A DNA stretch of 56,130 nucleotides from a virus. The notes under the pieces were generated by a model. That model searched no databases, was not told where the DNA came from, and was given only the letters and a program-made list of their open reading frames with translations. The position numbers and the translations under genes are program-made. Positions 1 through 6,241 of the stretch are shown here, piece by piece (position 1 is the stretch's first letter; every line of letters begins with the position of its first letter). The stretch is taken from positions 1 through 56,130 of IMG/VR virus record IMGVR_UViG_3300019377_000001; one strand, written 5' to 3'.

Positions 1-123
1 TGCCGATCCGGCACAAGGAGCAGGGCGCCACGTTCGGCAACCCGTACGAGCGGCACGTGCGCCACTGGCACTACGAGGAGCTGCAGGAGCTGATGGGCCC
101 GTGCCCGTCGGTGAAGGGCAACA
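1..123. repeat. Left copy of a 123-bp exact direct repeat (identical to 56008..56130). It is either a circular-assembly overlap or a terminal redundancy.
   Basis: The first 123 nt (tgccgatccggcacaaggag...gtgaagggcaaca) recur verbatim as the last 123 nt of the window. Confidence 0.95.
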
Positions 124-212
124 CGCTCGCGCGGTTCTGGTGGACGCGGCCGGGGACGACGGCGCCGCCGCGCATCCGGGCGAACCGTCGGGTGAGCCCG
201 GTGCGAGGGTGA
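1..212 (+). CDS. Class I SAM-dependent methyltransferase, C-terminal part. The gene starts at 55656 and crosses the junction.
   Basis: The reading frame from the ATG at 55656 runs through the overlap to the TGA at 210-212 (...NTLARFWWTRPGTTAPPRIRANRRVSPVRG). A terminator follows. Confidence 0.8.
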   Translation, partial: PIRHKEQGATFGNPYERHVRHWHYEELQELMGPCPSVKGNTLARFWWTRPGTTAPPRIRANRRVSPVRG

Positions 213-290
213 ACTTCCGGACGACGGCGAGCAGCGGGCAGGGCTGACCGCTATCGTCCGGCCTGGGGGTCTAAGCCCCTGAACGTCGGT

Positions 291-330
291 AAGGTCCGGG
301 ATCGCTGGGGGATCCCGGACCTTCCCTTTT
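291..330 (+). terminator. Rho-independent terminator of the methyltransferase gene
   Basis: Perfect 13-bp stem AAGGTCCGGGATC / GATCCCGGACCTT (291-323) followed by CCCTTTT. Confidence 0.75.
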
Positions 331-433
331 GCCTCTGACGGTTCGCCCGACGTGCCCTGATTCTGGGTAGGTGCTCACCAGGTGCTCACTGCCCGCTTAC
401 TGGAACGCGCGTCCACAGGGCATCGGTGCAGGT

Positions 434-560
434 CAGGGCCTTAATCCGCTCGCCTACGCACCCGCTCTACAAAAGCGGGTGTCTAGTTTGTGGGGCCCTG
501 GTATCGACAGATGTCGATACGTTGGACCGCTGGTAGCGTCGTCGCCACGTCCAGGTGAGT
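434..560 (+). ncRNA. Cluster of stable hairpins; possible structured RNA of unknown class
   Basis: CAGGGCC (434-440) pairs with GGCCCTG (494-500) and encloses a 7-bp hairpin (460-480, loop CTACAAA). A perfect 8-bp hairpin GTATCGAC/GTCGATAC lies at 501-520. Only compositionally biased ORFs overlap this stretch. Confidence 0.25.
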
Positions 561-600
561 CCCGGCTCAGTTGCGGCCTAACCAGCCGAGGGAGGAGCGG

Positions 601-666
601 CCGGGCGTCTACGGGATGGCGTGGCCCCACCCAGGGGCAGCGGTTCGAATCCGTCACCCGGACCCA
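601..666 (+). ncRNA. Compact tRNA-like element with an encoded CCA (Gly-CCC-like); atypical or degenerate
   Basis: Canonical T-arm GCGG-TTCGAAT-CCGT (640-654). Acceptor CCGGGCG/CACCCGG, then A and CCCA. D-arm TACG-GGATGG-CGTG. Hairpin GCCCC-ACCCA-GGGGC. It is only about 62 nt, has no variable loop, and has A where U33 is expected. Confidence 0.3.
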
Positions 667-672
667 ACGACG

Positions 673-702
673 CAGGCCCCGCACCGTGAGGTGCGGGGCC
701 TG
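673..702. terminator. Strong bidirectional hairpin between convergent RNA-like elements
   Basis: Perfect 13-bp stem CAGGCCCCGCACC / GGTGCGGGGCCTG with loop GTGA. Confidence 0.65.
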
Positions 703-717
703 TCGCGTAGCTCGGTA

Positions 718-855
718 CGGCAGGGCCCGGATTCGAACCGGAGTCGCCGTGCCCGGGGCCACTGCCCACGAGGGGCTTTACCCCGGTGCGCGCGCCGGGG
801 AGGGGACTCGAACCCTCGGGACCACGGTGTCTTAGGCCGCTGGACTACTCCTGCC
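718..855 (-). ncRNA. tRNA-Glu-like gene whose anticodon stem closes a 71-nt insert that contains a second T-arm-like hairpin
   Basis: Read on the minus strand. Acceptor GGCAGGA (855-849) / CCCTGCC (725-719), 6 of 7 bp. D-arm GTCC-AGCGGCCTA-AGAC. Anticodon stem CCGTG (827-823) / CACGG (751-747). Variable loop CGAC. T-arm TCCGG-TTCGAAT-CCGGG (742-726). The insert carries GAGGG-TTCGAGT-CCCCT (817-801). Confidence 0.3.
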
Positions 856-864
856 GCGCCACCA

Positions 865-1053
865 CTACACCACGCGCACGGCCCAGGCGACGAGCGCGAG
901 AACCGCGACGACGGCGACCAGGGCCAGGGCCAGGTCGAGCACGCGGAACGCCACGGCGAAGGCGAACCGCAGGATGCTGACCACCACGAGCAGCGCGCCC
1001 ATGCCGACGAACTGCAGCCAATAGATCAGCTCGTCACGGGCGGACCACGTCAC
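865..1053 (-). CDS. Small membrane protein (2 TM)
   Basis: The GTG at 1053 overlaps the upstream TGA (GTGA). Hydrophobic segments GALLVVVSILRFAFAVAF and LALVAVVAVLALVAW. TAG stop. Confidence 0.6.
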   Translation of the reverse strand: MTWSARDELIYWLQFVGMGALLVVVSILRFAFAVAFRVLDLALALVAVVAVLALVAWAVRVV

Positions 1054-1253
1054 GCGCGCTGCCGTAGCTGCTGCCGCGTGTACGCGACCAGCGCCGCGTC
1101 CTGCGGGATCAGGCCGTCGGCCTCGTCGCGCGCCCACTGTGCGCCGTTGAGCCACCACTGCACCCCCGTCCCGAGCGTGACCAGGTCCCCGTCGCGCGAC
1201 GCGACCCCACCGTGCGCCAGCTCCTCGCGGCGTTCACGGTCGGCGGTGGTCAC
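1050..1253 (-). CDS. Hypothetical protein
   Basis: 67-aa ORF with balanced composition and a GTGA overlap with the upstream gene. Confidence 0.65.
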   Translation of the reverse strand: MTTADRERREELAHGGVASRDGDLVTLGTGVQWWLNGAQWARDEADGLIPQDAALVAYTRQQLRQRA

Positions 1254-1612
1254 GAGTCTGCCCAGTCGGTCACCAGGCGCCGGCGCAGCTTCCAGCCAAG
1301 AGCCCGGAACTCGTCAGCGGTGAGCGTGAACGGGGGACACACCATGTCGCCGTCGTGTAGCTCGAACTGCGGCAACGGTGCGGCGTCGTGTCCCATCTCC
1401 CAGCCCTCTTCGACCCGGAGCCCGGTGAGCGGCGCGGTCTCGATGGCGTGGTAGTCCCACTGGTCATGCCCGTGCTCCTCGTCCAGCTCCTTGGCACGAG
1501 CCCACGCCGCGTCCCGGGTACCGAGCAGCACCTCCAGGACCTCGGTGCTCTGGAAGTCCTGGTCCTTGGTGATGTGCACGATCACGTGCGCCTGGTCGGC
1601 CGCGTCGCTCAT
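1250..1612 (-). CDS. Hypothetical acidic protein
   Basis: 120-aa ORF (MSDAADQAHVIVHITKDQDF...) with protein-like composition and an upstream GGAGGGA Shine-Dalgarno sequence (SD). Confidence 0.75.
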   Translation of the reverse strand: MSDAADQAHVIVHITKDQDFQSTEVLEVLLGTRDAAWARAKELDEEHGHDQWDYHAIETAPLTGLRVEEGWEMGHDAAPLPQFELHDGDMVCPPFTLTADEFRALGWKLRRRLVTDWADS

Positions 1613-1625
1613 GGTTCGTTCCCTC

Positions 1626-1889
1626 CTAGTCGCTCGGGTTGGGGCGCCCGAACAGCTCCTTGTGGAGGTTCTGGCAGTACCCCCACACGTCGAACGTACC
1701 GGCGTCCGCGCCGGCCTCCTGCGTCACCAGGCGGTGGCACCGGGTCAGGTCACCCTCGGTGCCCCAGCGGATCCGGGCGGCGCCCTCGCCGGTCTTCCAG
1801 TACGCCTTGAGCTGCTGGGTCGCCGCGGTGTTGGGCTCCTCGAGCGCGAGTAGCTCGCGGAGCCGGTCCCAGGTGGTGTCGTCGGTCAT
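1626..1889 (-). CDS. Hypothetical protein
   Basis: I trimmed the ORF 1626..2192 to the ATG at 1889 (MTDDTTWDRLRELL...), which follows a GGGAGGAAGC SD. The longer N-terminal extension is Arg-rich artefact. Confidence 0.7.
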   Translation of the reverse strand: MTDDTTWDRLRELLALEEPNTAATQQLKAYWKTGEGAARIRWGTEGDLTRCHRLVTQEAGADAGTFDVWGYCQNLHKELFGRPNPSD

Positions 1890-2233
1890 GGCTTCCTCCC
1901 GAACACGTGCCACACCAGGCCGGCCGCGGATTCGACGTCCAAGGGGTGGCGGCTCTGCCCAGTCTCGTGGACGACGAACGCGGGAACAATCGCGGTGCCG
2001 ATGTACCAGGCGGGGCTGGGTGCGGGGTGGCCGGTACCGATCACGGTCACGGGCCGCATCGCGAGGTCGGCCGTGCTGCCGTCGCCGGCGTAGTCCACCT
2101 CGAGTGTCCAGACCTCGACCAGGTCCCCGGGCCGCTTCCGGTAGCTGCGGGCCGCGACGTGCACGACGCGGCCGGCGCCGATGTCGTGCCACTCGTCATC
2201 GACGGGGACTTCCCAACGTAGGACTCGCTCCAC
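1886..2233 (-). CDS. Hypothetical protein
   Basis: 115-aa ORF with a GTG start after a GGAGAG SD and an ATGA overlap with the next gene. Confidence 0.7.
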   Translation of the reverse strand: MERVLRWEVPVDDEWHDIGAGRVVHVAARSYRKRPGDLVEVWTLEVDYAGDGSTADLAMRPVTVIGTGHPAPSPAWYIGTAIVPAFVVHETGQSRHPLDVESAAGLVWHVFGRKP

Positions 2234-2255
2234 GGGTGCTCTCCGGTGTGGTCGG

Positions 2256-2283
2256 GTATTACCGTTAATAACCGTTATGTCAG
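2256..2283 (-). promoter_or_regulatory. Putative sigma-70-type promoter for the 2233-to-865 operon
   Basis: AT-rich island. The minus-strand sense reads CTGACA-16 nt-TAATAC. It also contains the direct repeat ACCGTTAA/ACCGTTAT. Confidence 0.4.
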
Positions 2284-2291
2284 AATGTGGC

Positions 2292-2323
2292 GGTGGCTCC
2301 CACCCCGTGGGGTGAGAGCCACC
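2292..2323 (-). terminator. Hairpin downstream of the holin-like gene
   Basis: About a 14-bp stem GGTGGCTCCCACCC / GGGTGAGAGCCACC with one mismatch. Confidence 0.5.
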
Positions 2324-2330
2324 GAACGAG

Positions 2331-2792
2331 CTACGGCGCCGACGGCGTCCGCGGCGCCACCACGAACCCGGGGCTCTCCCCCGCCGGCAGCAACGTCTGC
2401 TGCGTGACGGCCACCGACGCCTCCTCCTTGGTCCACCCGTTCGCCATCAGGGTCGCGACGGTCTGCGCCTGCGTGGCCTGCGCCTGCGCGACCTCGTACG
2501 GCCCCGGCTCCATCGGGGGCAGCAGCCCGTAGTTCGGCTGGGTCGGCGTGTACGCGGTGCCGAGCACACCGATCACGAACAGCACCCACGGCAGGATCTC
2601 CGCGACGGTCGCATCGACCTGCTCCCGGTACTCGGGCCACCAGATCGCGACGACGCGCTGCGCCGCGAGCGCCGCGACCGCGAGGCACACGGCGAGGATG
2701 TACAGCACGAACCGCATGCGCTGCGGGATGAGCTCGACCACGTCTGCGATCGCTCCACGTACTTGCATGCCGAACTCCTGTGTCGTCGTCAC
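2331..2792 (-). CDS. Holin-like membrane protein
   Basis: 153 aa with two hydrophobic helices (FVLYILAVCLAVAALAA and ILPWVLFVIGVLGTAY), sitting immediately downstream of the endolysin. Confidence 0.55.
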   Translation of the reverse strand: MTTTQEFGMQVRGAIADVVELIPQRMRFVLYILAVCLAVAALAAQRVVAIWWPEYREQVDATVAEILPWVLFVIGVLGTAYTPTQPNYGLLPPMEPGPYEVAQAQATQAQTVATLMANGWTKEEASVAVTQQTLLPAGESPGFVVAPRTPSAP

Positions 2793-2793
2793 G

Positions 2794-3744
2794 TCAGATC
2801 CTCCCCTCGTTGAGTCGGCGCTGCAGGGCGCGGACCGTGTCCGAGGGGTTCCAGATCTCCCCGTCTACCACGTCCATGCGGAGGTCGCGCTGCAGGGCGC
2901 GGAAGTACTGCGGGCCGGCGAGGCCGTCGATGTCGCCGGTGTAGCGCTTGCGGCCGGCGAGCAGCCGCTGGTGGGCGACGATGAACCGTGACCCGCGGGC
3001 GTCGCCCGGGGACACCCACTGCCAGCCCGTGGTCAGGCCAGGGTTGGGGCCGTTCCACGCACGGGACTGCGACGACACGAGGCCGTCCACCGTGGTTCCG
3101 ATGACCTTCTGCGCCTTGCGGGTCGTCGCGGAGCCCCAGCGGCCGTCCACGGCGAGCCTCGTCGGGACCGACGGCGACGACGGCGGCGTGATCGGGTTGT
3201 CCACGAACACGGGCCCGTCGGCGTGGTACGCCCCGCGGTTCAGGTCGTCCAGCAGCGCGTACGCGTGACGGCCCGGGCACGCCGTCGCGGAGTTGGGTGC
3301 GTCGCGGTGTCCGCCGGCCACCCGTGGCGATCGCCACCAGCCCTTCGTGACGCCGTGGTGCAGCAGCCAGTCGGTCGCCTCGAGCATGGGGCGCGGGGGC
3401 TTGTTCACGTCGTAGTTCCCGACCCAGACGATGTTCGCCGTCGGGGTGTTGTACTTCGAGATCGCGGCGCCGACGCGGTCGACGGACACGCCCTCGAAGA
3501 CCAGCCCGGCGGGCGTGATCGGGAACTGGTAGCTGATGCCCTTCCCGAACCGGCTCTCACCGATGGCCTCCAGCGTGCGCACCGCGGCGTAGTCGTCGGT
3601 GAACGGCGGGATCAGGTCCGGGGCGATCGTCACGCTGTGGTGCACGTACACCTGCAGGGCGCCGACGGGCCGGGGGCCGAACCCGTCTTCGTGTCGTGCA
3701 CCCCACTCGGGGCGCTGGATGATGCGTTGCTGCTGTTGGGCCAT
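2794..3744 (-). CDS. Endolysin: N-acetylmuramoyl-L-alanine amidase (PGRP/amidase_2-like) with C-terminal peptidoglycan-binding repeats
   Basis: N-terminal VYVHHSV...GHRDAPNSATACPG amidase_2-like motifs. Two C-terminal VDGxxG...T...Q repeats of PG_binding_1 type. Confidence 0.8.
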   Translation of the reverse strand: MAQQQQRIIQRPEWGARHEDGFGPRPVGALQVYVHHSVTIAPDLIPPFTDDYAAVRTLEAIGESRFGKGISYQFPITPAGLVFEGVSVDRVGAAISKYNTPTANIVWVGNYDVNKPPRPMLEATDWLLHHGVTKGWWRSPRVAGGHRDAPNSATACPGRHAYALLDDLNRGAYHADGPVFVDNPITPPSSPSVPTRLAVDGRWGSATTRKAQKVIGTTVDGLVSSQSRAWNGPNPGLTTGWQWVSPGDARGSRFIVAHQRLLAGRKRYTGDIDGLAGPQYFRALQRDLRMDVVDGEIWNPSDTVRALQRRLNEGRI

Positions 3745-3780
3745 GAGGTCCTCCAGGGTCGGGGGGTGTTTCCACCGGCG

Positions 3781-3975
3781 TCACAGCGCCGGTAGTCGTC
3801 GCCCGGCCAGGTCATGGTCCGGGGTGGGGATGGTGCCGCGGCCGGTGCACCCTTCGCACCGCTGCTGGGCGCGCACGGACACCTTCCGGTGTGGCCGGCG
3901 GCGGGTCACCACGCCGGCGCGCATCGCCCAGTGCCACCCGTGGCCGCCGCACAGCCCGCACACGGCGTTATGCAT
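3781..3975 (-). CDS. Small DnaJ-type zinc-finger protein
   Basis: Two CxxCxGxG motifs (CGLCGGHG and CEGCTGRG). The start overlaps the stop of the upstream gene. Confidence 0.5.
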   Translation of the reverse strand: MHNAVCGLCGGHGWHWAMRAGVVTRRRPHRKVSVRAQQRCEGCTGRGTIPTPDHDLAGRRLPAL

Positions 3976-4210
3976 GGGCGGCCTGCAGGTGGCCGTGGGC
4001 GCTGAACACGCGGCGGCCGTCGAGGAAGTCCTCGCGGCGCACGGTGAGCGTGAGCGTGATCTCCGGAGCCGCGGTCTCGTGCAGGATCTCCTCGAGCACG
4101 ACGAACGCGACGTGCCGCAGCGCGCCGTACGCGATGTACCGGCCGGCGTCGTGCGCGAGCTCGGCTCTCCGGACTATCTCTGTGCAGGTGTGTACTGGTG
4201 CTGTCGCCAT
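3968..4210 (-). CDS. Hypothetical protein
   Basis: I trimmed the ORF 3968..4309 to the ATG at 4210 (MATAPVHTCTEIVRRAELAHD...). The RBS is weak. Confidence 0.55.
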   Translation of the reverse strand: MATAPVHTCTEIVRRAELAHDAGRYIAYGALRHVAFVVLEEILHETAAPEITLTLTVRREDFLDGRRVFSAHGHLQAAHA

Positions 4211-4295
4211 TGCAGGAGTATGACGCCCTGACCAGGGGTGATGGAAGGGCCGTGCCCGCGTCCCACCGACGCTGGCACGGCCCCTGTCCACGAGG

Positions 4296-5225
4296 CTAGT
4301 CCCGGGCACCCAGGGCTTCGACCTCGGCCACGAACGCGGCCTGGTCGGCTGCGTAGCTCACGGCGTCGCCGCGCTCCTGGACGTCACGCGAGGCGCGGGA
4401 CCACGACGCGCGGTCGTCCATGAGCCGGGTCACGGTCCGCACCCAGGCCGTGTGGTTCTCGCGGTCGAGGAAGATCCCGTGCCCGCCCATCGCCTCCCGG
4501 ATGCCGGGGTCCTTCGACGCGACGAGCGGGATGCCGGACACGGCACCCTCGACACCGACGCGCCCGTACGTCTCGGACCGTGACGGGAAGAGCTGCACCC
4601 TGGTCTGGGCGTAGAAGTCGCGGGGCTCGAGGAAGTCCACGAGCTCGACGTTGCGCAGCCCGTTGAACAGGTGCACGCCGTTGCCGCGGCCGTCCTTCAC
4701 GACGAGGAACCGGTACGCCGGCATCGCGCGGGCCATGGTCGAGACGAGCGAGCCGCCCTTCCACGGCGACGACAGCGACAGGCTGATGCGCGTCCCGGGC
4801 GTCGTGCGGTACCGGTCCGGGTCGATCGGCGGGGGCACCACGAACCGGTGCGCGGCGAGCCGCCGGTGGCGGTCCATCGCGACCCGGGAGGGGAACCACA
4901 CGGCGTCAGCGAACCGCAGGCCCGGGTCGTCGGCCTGGTAGCTGTGCTGGCACATCAGCTTCCGGGTGCCGACGCGGCGCACGGTGTCGAGGGCGTTGCC
5001 GGGCAGCCCGGAGTTGTAGATCGCGAGGTCGTACCGCGTGCGGGGGTCGAGCTCACGGAACCGCCGGACCTTCACGCCGTCGAGGACGGCGTCCTGCGGC
5101 GCGACCGCGGTAACGAACACGTCCACGGTGTGCCCGACGGCGGCGAGGGGCTTGACGAGCTCGACCATCGTTGTTGCCCGCCCGCGGCCGTACCCGAAAC
5201 CCTGGACGACGACGGCGAGCTTCAC
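4296..5225 (-). CDS. Glycosyltransferase, GT-B fold (family 4/1-like)
   Basis: C-terminal FPSRSETYGRVGVEGAVSGIPLVAS...GIREAMGGHG, an E-x7-E type motif. The GTG at 5225 overlaps the upstream TGA. Confidence 0.8.
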   Translation of the reverse strand: MKLAVVVQGFGYGRGRATTMVELVKPLAAVGHTVDVFVTAVAPQDAVLDGVKVRRFRELDPRTRYDLAIYNSGLPGNALDTVRRVGTRKLMCQHSYQADDPGLRFADAVWFPSRVAMDRHRRLAAHRFVVPPPIDPDRYRTTPGTRISLSLSSPWKGGSLVSTMARAMPAYRFLVVKDGRGNGVHLFNGLRNVELVDFLEPRDFYAQTRVQLFPSRSETYGRVGVEGAVSGIPLVASKDPGIREAMGGHGIFLDRENHTAWVRTVTRLMDDRASWSRASRDVQERGDAVSYAADQAAFVAEVEALGARD

Positions 5226-5476
5226 TCGTCTACGACCGGGGCCTGCTCCGCCACGGAGAAGTGCATCCACATGGCCGCGGTCTGCAGCATCGTGAACGCG
5301 TACGCCTTGCCGCGGCCGTGCGGCAGCAGCGCGTCGAGCTGCACCGCGAGCTCCACGAACAGCCGGCGGATGTCGCGGTGCACGGCGGTGGTCGCGTTCG
5401 GCCCCTCGATCGTGGCCTTGTGGAACCCGAACCGGTTCTCGATCTCCTCGCGACCGATGCTGGTGTTGTCTTCCAT
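5222..5476 (-). CDS. Acb2/Tad1-hairpin-like small protein (putative cyclic-oligonucleotide sponge)
   Basis: 84 aa. RFGFHKAT...HRDIRRLFVELAVQLDALLPHGRGKAYAFTMLQTAAMWMHFSVAE fits the F-x-YH...IR...P-x-x-REK-x-x-A-x-T-x-LEEA-x-MWAN pattern of that family. AGGAG SD. Confidence 0.45.
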   Translation of the reverse strand: MEDNTSIGREEIENRFGFHKATIEGPNATTAVHRDIRRLFVELAVQLDALLPHGRGKAYAFTMLQTAAMWMHFSVAEQAPVVDE

Positions 5477-5487
5477 GTTGCTCCTTG

Positions 5488-6231
5488 TCACACGACGGGC
5501 CATGCCGGATCGACCACCAGGTGGGCGGCCGTCAGGGTGTTTCGTCCCCCAGTCTCCATGGTGGGCCACTGCTCGATCGACACCGGCGCGCCCGCCACCT
5601 TCCCCAGCACGGTGTCAGGCAGCCCGGGCACGACCGACCCGGACACGGCCAGGCGCCCGCGGGCGTCCTCCCACGCGATCACGCGAGCTACGACCGTGGA
5701 CGTGTCCTCGTGGTACGCACGGGCCGCCTGCAGGGGCTGGCGGACATCGGCGTGCAGGGCCTGCGCGGTGAGCGCACCGGTGCGGATCACGCGGCCGTCG
5801 TCCAGCGTCGTCGTCCACGTGTGGAAGTTGCGCAGCTTCGGGTCCGGGTCGGGCGTGTACCGCTTGCACGACGTCATGTCGCCGTTCTTGTAGCAGCCCG
5901 ACCCGGCAACGTGACCGTAGATCCGGCCGTCCGGCGCGAACGTGAGCGGCGTCTGCTCCTTGGTGTCCGCGTCCCACTTCTCGAAGTGGTCCGACGGGTA
6001 CACGATCGCGGACCGGACCATCGTCGCCGCCGCGGTGATCGGTTCGTCGGCCACCGCGCGATCGGGCGAGACCAGGACCTCGGCCTCGTCCTCGCACTCC
6101 GCACACGGCTCCGTCGTCGGCTCGATCGTGACCGCTCCCCCGGCCGACGACGGGGCCGCGGTCACGGCGGCACGCTGCTCCTGCACACGCTCGATGAGCT
6201 TCGCGGCACGGATACGGGCAACGGCGTCCAT
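5488..6231 (-). CDS. Putative capsid maturation protease
   Basis: It directly follows the portal-MuF gene. The motif GHVAGSGCY...C...P...FH...DG...GALT...HA...YHEDT...V is typical of the actinophage protease family. Confidence 0.5.
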   Translation of the reverse strand: MDAVARIRAAKLIERVQEQRAAVTAAPSSAGGAVTIEPTTEPCAECEDEAEVLVSPDRAVADEPITAAATMVRSAIVYPSDHFEKWDADTKEQTPLTFAPDGRIYGHVAGSGCYKNGDMTSCKRYTPDPDPKLRNFHTWTTTLDDGRVIRTGALTAQALHADVRQPLQAARAYHEDTSTVVARVIAWEDARGRLAVSGSVVPGLPDTVLGKVAGAPVSIEQWPTMETGGRNTLTAAHLVVDPAWPVV

Positions 6232-6241
6232 TGGTCTCTCC

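Noticed and set aside
295-666. tmRNA hypothesis: TCCGGGA at 295-301 could pair with ACCCGGA-C-CCA at 656-666, giving a 372-nt RNA with a tRNA-like 3' end
   Set aside because: The 5' partner is simply one arm of the methyltransferase terminator hairpin. There is no G3:U70 alanine identity pair. I could find no tag reading frame ending in a hydrophobic Ala-rich peptide plus a stop.
601-855. The partial tRNA-like segments as an attP core for integration into a host tRNA gene
   Set aside because: No tyrosine or serine integrase, excisionase or other recombinase ORF is present anywhere in the 56 kb. I therefore left them as RNA-like elements of unknown role.
371-1323. Long plus-strand ORFs 371..835 (154 aa) and 571..1323 (250 aa) over the RNA-like region
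   Set aside because: Both are extremely Arg/Pro/Gly-rich, which is typical of off-frame translation in high-GC DNA. They run straight through T-arm motifs, a terminator hairpin and the opposite-strand genes.
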